Source: Candidatus Electrothrix yaqonensis (GTDB lineage: Bacteria; Desulfobacterota; Desulfobulbia; Desulfobulbales; Desulfobulbaceae). Taken from it: a stretch of 32,000 nucleotides of DNA. The notes under the pieces are model-generated. The model ran no database searches. It saw only the letters and a program-made list of their open reading frames with translations, and had not been told where the DNA came from. The stretch is from the NCBI GenBank assembly GCA_047651235.1, contig CP178758.1:900001-932000 (forward strand), read 5' to 3'. Of this stretch, positions 1 through 7,300 are shown in pieces (the first letter of the stretch is position 1; each line of letters opens with the position of its first letter). Position numbers and translations under genes: made by a program.

Positions 1-134
1 ACGTAGACCCGGTTATTTTCCACATAACACCATAATGTGGTGGCATGGGCATAGACAGAAGCGGCAATGGACAGGAACAGCATGGTCGCTGCCAGGAGCA
101 CAGCGGTTTGTCTGAATGATTTGAACGTGTACAT
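1..134 (-). CDS. Partial CDS (5' end only, runs off the left edge). It encodes a secreted protein whose predicted mature N-terminus resembles that of the NikL-like protein at 10297-10947.
   Basis: ATG at 134 with GGAGGT 8 nt upstream. Translation MYTFKSFRQTAVLLAATMLFLSIAASVYAHATTLWCYVENNRVYV has a typical signal peptide. It is absent from the ORF track because no stop lies in the window. Confidence 0.45.
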   Translation of the reverse strand, partial: MYTFKSFRQTAVLLAATMLFLSIAASVYAHATTLWCYVENNRVY

Positions 135-225
135 GACGGATTACCTCCTTTTGTATGAGAAAAATGGACTACCTTTTCCCGAAAAAAGATCAATCGGAAA
201 TCAGGCCAGTTGTTATTTCATTGTT

Positions 226-1119
226 TCACCCTTCTCCCTGATTCGGTCCGCTTCGAGACAAAAGCGGACGCGAGATCAGAGCTCCGTAAAACAGGATACT
301 GGAGACCAAGGCGATTACAGCACCGCTGGGCACAGGTAGTAGTCCGGAAAGCAGCAGCCCGGAGGCTGTACTGAGCGTGGAAAAAATAACGCTGAGCCAG
401 ACAAAGCAGCGCAGATTTGGAGCAACCAGCTGGGCTCCGGCGGCCGGAACCACAACCAGAACCAGAACCAACAGCGCGCCGATCAGCTTGAGGCTGGATA
501 CGACCACAATGGTCATCAGGGTGACAAACAGGTATTCCAGAAAGACCGGCGACAGGCCGCGCGCCTTGCCCAAGGTCCGGTTGAAGCTGGCGAGCATGAA
601 CTGGTTAAAGTTGCAGGCAAAGATAATGCTGACCAGCAGAGAGGAGATAGTGAGAGCGATCAGATCCTGATCGTTCAGGGTGATCAGGCTGCCGAACAGA
701 ATACCTTCCACCTGATGGATATTGAACTGGCTGGTCACCAGGATCATCAGGATAATACCGAGCCCGAGCACCTGGGCCAGGACCACCCCGATGATGGTAT
801 CATTGGCCAGCCGGGTCCGGTTTTTGACAAAGGTCATCAGCAGGGCAACAATGAGGCAGAAGCCGTACAGTCCGGCATAGGTGCCGTCCACCGGCTCACC
901 GATCAGCAGGCCGATGGCAACCCCGCTCATGGCGGCGTTGCCGATGGTCTGGGTGAAAAAGGACAGCTTCTTGGTCACCACCACCGTACCCACAGCCCCG
1001 AGGAGCGGACCAATGATCAGGGCGGCCAGCAGGCCGCGGATCATGAAGGTGTGCTCAAAAATTGCCGGAAGATAGCCTGCAACGGCCCAATTCTTAAAAA
1101 TATCGTAGAGAGAATCCAT
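226..1119 (-). CDS. Metal ABC transporter permease (ABC-3 / ZnuB-TroC family)
   Basis: 297 aa, polytopic and hydrophobic. The N-terminal FEHTFMIRGLLAALIIGPLLGAVGTVVV is typical of ZnuB/TroC/MntB permeases. It lies in an operon with the cognate ATPase and SBP. Confidence 0.85.
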   Translation of the reverse strand: MDSLYDIFKNWAVAGYLPAIFEHTFMIRGLLAALIIGPLLGAVGTVVVTKKLSFFTQTIGNAAMSGVAIGLLIGEPVDGTYAGLYGFCLIVALLMTFVKNRTRLANDTIIGVVLAQVLGLGIILMILVTSQFNIHQVEGILFGSLITLNDQDLIALTISSLLVSIIFACNFNQFMLASFNRTLGKARGLSPVFLEYLFVTLMTIVVVSSLKLIGALLVLVLVVVPAAGAQLVAPNLRCFVWLSVIFSTLSTASGLLLSGLLPVPSGAVIALVSSILFYGALISRPLLSRSGPNQGEG

Positions 1120-1182
1120 AGATGAATCCGTGTATCTCCAGTTCAGGGTTCAGAGGTATCTGCATACGGACGCATGCCGGAA

Positions 1183-1893
1183 TCACCCCAGCAAGGTATA
1201 CTGTTCCAGCAGACTGGAATGATCCAGCCCCTTGGCGGGACCGTCATAGAAGACCGTCCGGTTGACTGCGGTAACGGCATTGCAGATGCGTGAAATCATA
1301 TCCATACTGTGACAGACCATCAGAATGGTGATCCCCTGTTCTTCGCGCAGATTGATCAGCATCTCCTCAAACTGCCGTATCCCAACCTCGTCGATATTGC
1401 TGGCCGGTTCATCCAGCAGAAGAAGCTCCGGTTTCGGCTCCAGGGCCTGAGCCAGCAGTACCCGGCGGAATTCCCCGCCGGAAAGCTGGCCCACGCAGCG
1501 GTCAATGAGATGGCTGCAGTCTGTGGCGGCAAGAATCTTTTCGATCCTCGCCCTCATAGTCCGGCGGAGCCCTAAAAAAACCGGCAGCTTCTTCAGCATG
1601 AGAAAGAGAAAATCAAACACCGTAATCGGTACGGAATGATCAAACTCCAGAAACTGGGGCACATAGCCGATCCGGCTGCTTTCCCGGAAGAGAAAGCGGA
1701 TGGTCCCTTTATGGGGCATACCGCCGGTAATGCTGCGCATCAGGGTAGTTTTTCCTGCCCCGTTCGGGCCGGTCAGGGCATGAATATGCCCCTTTCTGAC
1801 GCGCAGATTGATGTTGTCGAGGATTCGGTTTCCCCGGAGGGAAACCGAAAGGTTCTCTATTTCAAGCAGGTTATGCTGGTTTTCGGCAGTCAT
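1183..1893 (-). CDS. Metal ABC transporter ATP-binding protein (ZnuC/TroB-like)
   Basis: Walker A GPNGAGKTT, signature LSGGEFRR, Walker B LLLLDEP. The start is moved to ATG 1893 (MTAENQ...), which lies 1 nt after the TAA stop of the upstream SBP gene. The track start at 1929 would overlap that gene by 35 nt. Confidence 0.9.
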   Translation of the reverse strand: MTAENQHNLLEIENLSVSLRGNRILDNINLRVRKGHIHALTGPNGAGKTTLMRSITGGMPHKGTIRFLFRESSRIGYVPQFLEFDHSVPITVFDFLFLMLKKLPVFLGLRRTMRARIEKILAATDCSHLIDRCVGQLSGGEFRRVLLAQALEPKPELLLLDEPASNIDEVGIRQFEEMLINLREEQGITILMVCHSMDMISRICNAVTAVNRTVFYDGPAKGLDHSSLLEQYTLLG

Positions 1894-1894
1894 C

Positions 1895-3343
1895 TTATTG
1901 AGCCTGCTCCTCCTGCACCTTCGGGACAAGGTTCTCCTGCACGTTTTTCTGCATATCCTTCATACGTCCCTCAATCTGCTTCTGCTGCATTTCCGGCACA
2001 GTTTTCTGTAGGGTTTCCCGCATGCTGTTCTGCATCTGCTTCGTGGTATCCTGCACCTGCTGGTTCATGCGTTCAGACATCTGCTTCTGCTGCATTTCCG
2101 GCACAGCGTCTTTGAGTTGTTCCTGGACGGAATCCCGCATCTGTTTTGTGGTATCCTGCACCTGCTGGTTCATGCGTTCGGACATCTGCTTCTGCTGCAT
2201 TTCCGGCACAGATTCTTTGAGTTGTCCCTGGACAGAATCCTGCATCTGCTTTGTGGTGTCCTGAACCTGCTGCTGCATACGTTCAGACATCTGCTTCTGC
2301 TGCATTTCAGGTACAGAATCGTTGAGTTGTTCCTGAACAGTGCCCTGCATCTTTTTGGACATATCTTTCGGTATATTGCCGGGCATACCTGGCATACCCG
2401 GGGCTGCGGACGGTCCTCCCGCCACCTCGGTCAGGGCTGCAATAATGGCATCGATATTTCTCTGCATGGCCTGCTCAAAAAATTCCTTGGTGTACTGACC
2501 ATTGGAAATATGGGAGAGGGCATAGAGGCGGCAGCCTGTCTCCTGGTAAATAATATCCACATATTTCTTCTCATAGTCCAGCTCGCCGAACAGGATATTC
2601 ACGTTGGCGCGTTTAATCCGCTTGATGGTATCCTGCAGCTGTCTGGCGCTGGGCCGCACCCCGTGTCTCGGCTGCACCACGGCACTGACCTCAATCCCCA
2701 GCTCCTGAAAGAGATAGGAGTAGCCGTCGTGTACTGTGGCGATGCGCACATTGTTCAGATTCAGCCTGTCCAGCTGCATCAGGGCGGACTGGAGCATATT
2801 GCGCAGTTCTGCTGAATAGGCCCGCACATTTTGTATAAAAGTTCCGGCCTGATCCGGGCAGAGCCTTGCCAGCTTTCTGGTGATCTTCTGCATCTGCTGG
2901 ATCGCGCCGGTTATGGCGATATAGGTGTGGCTGTTATAGGCAACCTTGTTGTCCTGTCCCTCAAAAGAGTAATGCTTGTTGAATGCAGGAATCAAAGGGA
3001 GTCCCTTGCTGGTGTCTATGACCAGCATCTTGTCGTTCTCAACAGCCTTGAGCATGGGTTTGATGAATTCATCATGCCCTACGCCGTTCACTATCACCAC
3101 ATCCAAACCCTCCAGCCTCTGCATATCCGAGGGCACCGGCTGGTAGGCATGAGGATCCGAGCCGGACGGAATCAGAGAGACGACCTCTGCCGCATCTCCG
3201 ACAATATTTTTGGTCCAGGAATAATACGGATGCAGAGAAGCACCGATCTTGAGACCGCAGTTTTTTCCCTGGGCAAATCCCGAACTGCAGCTCAGGACAA
3301 GACAGACGACAGCTGCGGACAGGCAACGCAATGTTTGTTTCAT
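1895..3343 (-). CDS. Metal ABC transporter substrate-binding protein (TroA/ZnuA cluster A-I) with a C-terminal Met/Gln-rich repeat extension
   Basis: Signal or lipoprotein-like N-terminus (LVLSCSSG). Family motifs present: GSDPHAYQP, IATVHDGYSY, LFGELDYE. The core ends near aa 306, followed by a Pro/Gly/Met linker and about 150 aa of 35-aa repeats. Confidence 0.85.
   Translation of the reverse strand: MKQTLRCLSAAVVCLVLSCSSGFAQGKNCGLKIGASLHPYYSWTKNIVGDAAEVVSLIPSGSDPHAYQPVPSDMQRLEGLDVVIVNGVGHDEFIKPMLKAVENDKMLVIDTSKGLPLIPAFNKHYSFEGQDNKVAYNSHTYIAITGAIQQMQKITRKLARLCPDQAGTFIQNVRAYSAELRNMLQSALMQLDRLNLNNVRIATVHDGYSYLFQELGIEVSAVVQPRHGVRPSARQLQDTIKRIKRANVNILFGELDYEKKYVDIIYQETGCRLYALSHISNGQYTKEFFEQAMQRNIDAIIAALTEVAGGPSAAPGMPGMPGNIPKDMSKKMQGTVQEQLNDSVPEMQQKQMSERMQQQVQDTTKQMQDSVQGQLKESVPEMQQKQMSERMNQQVQDTTKQMRDSVQEQLKDAVPEMQQKQMSERMNQQVQDTTKQMQNSMRETLQKTVPEMQQKQIEGRMKDMQKNVQENLVPKVQEEQAQ
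1898..2368 (-). repeat. In-frame tandem repeat with a 105-bp period: about 4 copies plus a partial one. It encodes VPEMQQKQMSERMxQQVQDTTKQMxDSVQxQLKxx.
   Basis: The string ctgcttctgctgcatttc recurs at 1976, 2081, 2186 and 2291, an exact 105-nt spacing. Confidence 0.9.
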
Positions 3344-3398
3344 GTTGATACCCTGTTCTTCTGTATTAAAAAGTGAAAGGAGCCGGAAATCATGGCGA

Positions 3399-4076
3399 TC
3401 AGCTTCCGGCTGGTTCTATAATCTTTCCATCAGCAACCTTTCCATCAACAGGAGCATTGCCGCTGACAACCCATTTCCAACCCCGCTTGACCAGACCGCC
3501 CTCCGGGTAGTCAACCGTCTGCGGGTTGACCCAGATCTGGGCGGAAAAACGGTTTTCCGATGCACTCTGCACATAGGGATACGGATACTTCCCGGCCTGC
3601 AGATCAATAATACGGAGGATAAAACTGTTTTCCAAGGGGTCAGCCCCTTTTTCTTCATCCAGCTTCGCGTTTTTGTTGACTCCGTAATAATCCACCCAAG
3701 TTGCTCCCCGGTGCATTTCCCAGACAAAACCGCGCAGGCCTGCAGGGAGAAAATTGCCGACAAAAGGCGGCAGAGCTTCCGCCTCAAGCGCAGCAATGTC
3801 CGGCCAGTTGCTCCCGGCCTCGTAGGTCCAGGTGATGCTATCCACAGCTCCCAGCAGCGAGCGGTACATAACCGGGGCCTGATTTTTCAGACGGATATCC
3901 CTGATCTGGTATGCTTTGCTGCCGGAGGAGGTTTCCTTCGGGGCAACCTGGAAAGAACGCAGGACGATGAAACTCAGAATAAGACAGATGGCAACCATAA
4001 GCCCGGCAAGCTCCCGGCCCGCTGCCAGAGGGGAGACAATGACCTCCCGGTATTCCTTTGTGACTGCAGCACTCAT
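3399..4076 (-). CDS. Hypothetical N-terminally membrane-anchored (predicted periplasmic) protein; first gene of the metal ABC operon
   Basis: 225 aa. One TM helix (LAGLMVAICLILSFIVL) followed by a soluble domain. GGAGGAG RBS 8-9 nt upstream of ATG 4076. The stop lies 55 nt before the SBP gene. No family recognised. Confidence 0.6.
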   Translation of the reverse strand: MSAAVTKEYREVIVSPLAAGRELAGLMVAICLILSFIVLRSFQVAPKETSSGSKAYQIRDIRLKNQAPVMYRSLLGAVDSITWTYEAGSNWPDIAALEAEALPPFVGNFLPAGLRGFVWEMHRGATWVDYYGVNKNAKLDEEKGADPLENSFILRIIDLQAGKYPYPYVQSASENRFSAQIWVNPQTVDYPEGGLVKRGWKWVVSGNAPVDGKVADGKIIEPAGS

Positions 4077-4110
4077 GGCTATCTCTCCTCCATCTGGCCT
4101 TTTTTATCTG

Positions 4111-4164
4111 ATTATAGAAGTTCTGTCCTACAGCGAAGTATTACTTTGATAGAATACGTAACAC
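4111..4164 (-). promoter_or_regulatory. Candidate promoter (-10 TATAAT, plus-strand 4111-4116) with an imperfect palindrome GTATTAC-N13-GTAACAC (4138-4164) over the -35 region
   Basis: The minus strand reads GTGTTAC gtattctatcaaa GTAATAC, then 21 nt, then TATAAT, about 35 nt upstream of ATG 4076. The half-sites match in 6 of 7 positions. Confidence 0.45.
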
Positions 4165-4204
4165 TGTTTGCGGGGCTGCGCAATATTTTTTTGCAGGGAG
4201 GTGT

Positions 4205-4230
4205 AAAAAAAATACTCACCGGCCGGTGAG
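4205..4230 (-). terminator. Rho-independent terminator after the cyclase gene
   Basis: The minus strand reads CTCACCGGCCGGTGAG (perfect palindromic hairpin) followed by TATTTTTTTT. Confidence 0.7.
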
Positions 4231-4291
4231 CAGGAAAATTCTGCAGGGGGCTGAACTACCTTTTTTACCAAAGCTTCTGACGAATCCCGGC

Positions 4292-6280
4292 TTATCCTCC
4301 CAGCACAGCAATAAGCGCCTGCACCACTTCGGGATCAAAATCCCCTTTTTCCACCCCATGCTGCAGTTCATAGAACGCCACCTTCATGTCCCACCGCTCC
4401 CGTCTGGAATGCCAGGAGGTGAGGGTGTCATAGGTATCGGCAACAGCAATAATGCGTGAACCCAGAGGAATATCCTTTTCTTTCAGACCGGACGGAAAAC
4501 CGCTGCCGTTATATTTTTCATGGCTGTGGTAAATCATTTTGAGCAGCTCATCATCGTGATAGCCGTTTTTTTTCAGAATTCTGGTGCTCTCAACACCGTG
4601 ACGGAGAAATTCCTGATATTCGTCTGAGCTGAGACTTCCTTTGCTGCGGTTCAGCAGATGATGCGGTACTGCCTCCAGCCCCACATCGGCAAGAAACCCG
4701 GCCCGGAGGATAGTCTTTTTTTTCTGCTCAGACTGGATGCCGAGTTTATCGGCAATGGCATAGGAAAGCAGAGCAACCACCTTGCCGTGCCCGATGCGTC
4801 CGTCCAGAACCTCGGAAGGAAGAATGACATCATCGGGTATATTGATGAATTTTTCAGCAGCACTGTATTTCTTGTAAAAAGCAGGGGTGATTTTTTCCCG
4901 ATCCAGTAAAGCATTTTTTATACCGACGACCTCATAGGCCGCTATCCTCCGGCTTTTTCCTTTCACCGAAAGACAGTTCCTGTCTTTCTGCATGGTTGCT
5001 TCGGCAAAGGCAATTTTAAGAGCATTATCTTCAGGCTTCAGATGCAGGGCCTGCGAGAAACAGGACAAAGCTTTATCGACCTCCATAATCGCCAGATTCA
5101 GCTGGCCGATCTGATGATAGATATCTGCCTTGACATGCGCATTGTCTGTTTCCAGCTGCTGTTCAAGTGCACTGATTTTTTTCTGGACCCCGGTCACCAG
5201 CGAGTCGGAGAGTTTGACCTCATGTTTAAGTTTTACCTCAATAAACGACCGGACCCCCTCCATTGTGGAGCTGTCGATAAGAACTGAACCGGGAGAACAT
5301 GCCTTTTCAAGACGCGATGACAGGTTGACGACATCGCCGATTGTTGTGTATGCCTGCCTTTTGGCCCCGATCAGGCCGACAATGGCCATTCCGGAGGCTA
5401 TGCCGATCCGCATCTGCCAAGGATATTTCCGGGACAGCATTTTTTCCTGCATCTTGATGGCGCAGACCACAGCCATGAGGCGATAATGCGTAAAATCAAG
5501 CGGTGTCCCGAATTCGCACATAATGCCGTCACCCTGGTATTTATCAATATGGGCATTATAGGCGAACATAATTTTTTCCATTTCACTGAAATACCTATTC
5601 AGATCCCGTGTCACCAGCTCCGGCTGCCGGGTTTCGGAGTAGGCGGTAAATCCGGTAAGATCAGTAAACATGACGCTGATTTTTCTCTTTTCATCCCGCA
5701 GGCGCCCCTCAATAATAAGTTTGGCCACAGTCGCATCCATTGTGGAATATAGGGCATCCTCCACCTTCCCCTTCATCATTTCCAGCATATTGCGGGATTC
5801 CTCCAGTTCCGCAGTCCGTTTGGATACCTCTCTTTCCAGGTCGCCGGCATTTTTCTGCAGGGAAAGGTTAGCCTGACGGAGTTCTTCCTGCTGCTCAGTC
5901 AGTACGTCGTTCAGGCGAAGGGCTTTCCTAGTCTCCCGAAGCAGTTTTTCCTGCAGCCCGCCGACAACCGCACCGGCAATGATCAGAAAAGAACCCCATA
6001 AAACAAGATGGATAATGACCTCCTGGCTGTTGGAGTTCGCTGTGAAATGCTCCGGAAAAAGAACAAAATAGAGGACGTTAAAAACTATGCAGAGCAAAGC
6101 GCTCAGCACCGTGTTGCGTCTTCCGAGATAGTAGCCGGAAACAATAACCGGCAGGTAATAGAAATTCAGAAAAGCTACTTTCTGAATAATAAGAGAATTG
6201 ATTACCGCTACACTGACAATGAGCGAAAAAATAAAGAACAGTTCAAAATGTCTCAGAATAAAAGATTTCAGGAATTCCAT
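4292..6280 (-). CDS. Membrane-bound class III adenylate/guanylate cyclase fused to TPR-like repeats and a degenerate HD-GYP domain
   Basis: N-terminal TM helices and a coiled coil. Cyclase motifs VMFTDLTGFT, KYQGDGIMCEFG and IGDVVNLSSRLE. C-terminal HSHEKYNGSGFPSGL...IIAVADTYDTLTS. The start is moved to ATG 6280 (MEFLKSF...), which has a GGAGA RBS. The 110 aa upstream in the track ORF look non-coding. Confidence 0.85.
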   Translation of the reverse strand: MEFLKSFILRHFELFFIFSLIVSVAVINSLIIQKVAFLNFYYLPVIVSGYYLGRRNTVLSALLCIVFNVLYFVLFPEHFTANSNSQEVIIHLVLWGSFLIIAGAVVGGLQEKLLRETRKALRLNDVLTEQQEELRQANLSLQKNAGDLEREVSKRTAELEESRNMLEMMKGKVEDALYSTMDATVAKLIIEGRLRDEKRKISVMFTDLTGFTAYSETRQPELVTRDLNRYFSEMEKIMFAYNAHIDKYQGDGIMCEFGTPLDFTHYRLMAVVCAIKMQEKMLSRKYPWQMRIGIASGMAIVGLIGAKRQAYTTIGDVVNLSSRLEKACSPGSVLIDSSTMEGVRSFIEVKLKHEVKLSDSLVTGVQKKISALEQQLETDNAHVKADIYHQIGQLNLAIMEVDKALSCFSQALHLKPEDNALKIAFAEATMQKDRNCLSVKGKSRRIAAYEVVGIKNALLDREKITPAFYKKYSAAEKFINIPDDVILPSEVLDGRIGHGKVVALLSYAIADKLGIQSEQKKKTILRAGFLADVGLEAVPHHLLNRSKGSLSSDEYQEFLRHGVESTRILKKNGYHDDELLKMIYHSHEKYNGSGFPSGLKEKDIPLGSRIIAVADTYDTLTSWHSRRERWDMKVAFYELQHGVEKGDFDPEVVQALIAVLGG

Positions 6281-6368
6281 TTTTCCGTCTCCGATAGTTT
6301 TTCTTATCTGTCCCCGCCCAGACCGCCTTCCAAGTGAATATATTCGCACCTTATCAGGAATAAAATTC

Positions 6369-6396
6369 ATTATATACGTTATACTGCAAAAGTAAA
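6369..6396 (-). promoter_or_regulatory. Candidate sigma70-type promoter for the cyclase gene
   Basis: The minus strand reads TTTACT, 16 nt, TATAAT. The -10 is a perfect consensus. Confidence 0.4.
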
Positions 6397-6446
6397 CAGG
6401 AATAGGGGCAAGCGGGGCAGCGTCCTGAGAAAGGATAAGGGAGAGA

Positions 6447-7211
6447 CAGGGCTGTTCAATTCTATAAGAGCTTGTATTTTCAAGACGTATGCAGTAATTG
6501 ATACAGAAGAACTTTACACGAGGATTCTGCATGCTGTTTTTTTGCTGAACACAATCAAAGATCATCGACGCGGGCAGGGCCGGCGATATGAGCTTACGCA
6601 TATTACGCATATTCTTCTGTTTTCGATCATGGCGATCCTAAGCGGTTCGGATTCTTATCGCAAAATCCATCTGTTCGTTGATGCGCATCGTGAAAGGCTC
6701 AATGAATATTTCGGCCTGGACTGGAAAAAAGCTCCTGCATATACAACGATCCGCACTGTCATTCTGAACACTTCCGGTTCGGAACTTGAGCGGATTTTCA
6801 GGGAGCACGGCAAAGCTCTCGCGGAAGAGGAACCGGACGGAGAATTTATTCATTGCGACGGCAAAACTCTCCGGGGAAGTTTCGATAACATGAAGGATAT
6901 TAATCAGCTTCAGATATTGAGCGCTTTTGCCGGCGACCGCGCCGTCGTTCTCGGCCATGAAGAAATCAAGGAGAAAAGCAATGAAATCCCGGCGGCGCGG
7001 AAACTGATGAAAGAACTCGGTTTATCCGACCGCATTTGACCGCTCCCGAATTCGTTGCAATCCGCACATATTTGCAAAACTGAGGAGCTTTGCTCTCAAT
7101 ATTCTTCGTAAGAACAAGGTGAAAGATGTCAGCCGGGAGCTTTTCAGGAACTGTATGGATATACATCGTCTGTTTGATTACGCCGGGATTTTTTAGAATT
7201 GAACAGCCCTG
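6447..7211 (+). mobile_element. Internally deleted, non-autonomous ISAs1-family insertion sequence (765 bp)
   Basis: Perfect 18-bp terminal inverted repeats: CAGGGCTGTTCAATTCTA at 6447-6464 and its reverse complement at 7194-7211. Flanked by a perfect 10-bp direct repeat AAGGGAGAGA at 6437-6446 and 7212-7221. Confidence 0.85.
6542..7196 (+). pseudogene. ISAs1-family (H-repeat-associated) transposase lacking the central DDE portion
   Basis: The N-terminal 165 aa (IKDHRRGQGRRYEL...FIHCDGKTLRGS...NEIPAARKLMKELGL) stop at 7039. From 7041, in a different frame, the sequence reads SRIRCNPHIFAKLRSFALNILRKNKVKD...FDYAGIF*, which matches the extreme C-terminus of ISAs1 transposases. About 170 aa are missing between the two parts. 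Confidence 0.8.
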
Positions 7212-7300
7212 AAGGGAGAGAAGTGTACAGGGGAAGGATATGAAATGAATTTACCCCGTCCTGACGAGGCAGGGGAGCAAACTCCGGTTCAATTTCCGGG

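Noticed and set aside
67-339. 90-aa plus-strand ORF at the left end
   Set aside because: It overlaps the 3' end of the permease gene and the start of the minus-strand secreted-protein gene. It has no RBS, and its composition is not protein-like.
6281-6610. The upstream 110 codons of the track ORF for the cyclase (start at 6610)
   Set aside because: The region is AT-rich, has no membrane or domain signal, and contains the candidate promoter. ATG 6280 has a proper RBS and begins the first TM helix. Similar trimming was applied at 16752 to 16686, 18384 to 18417, 13496 to 13487 and 1929 to 1893.
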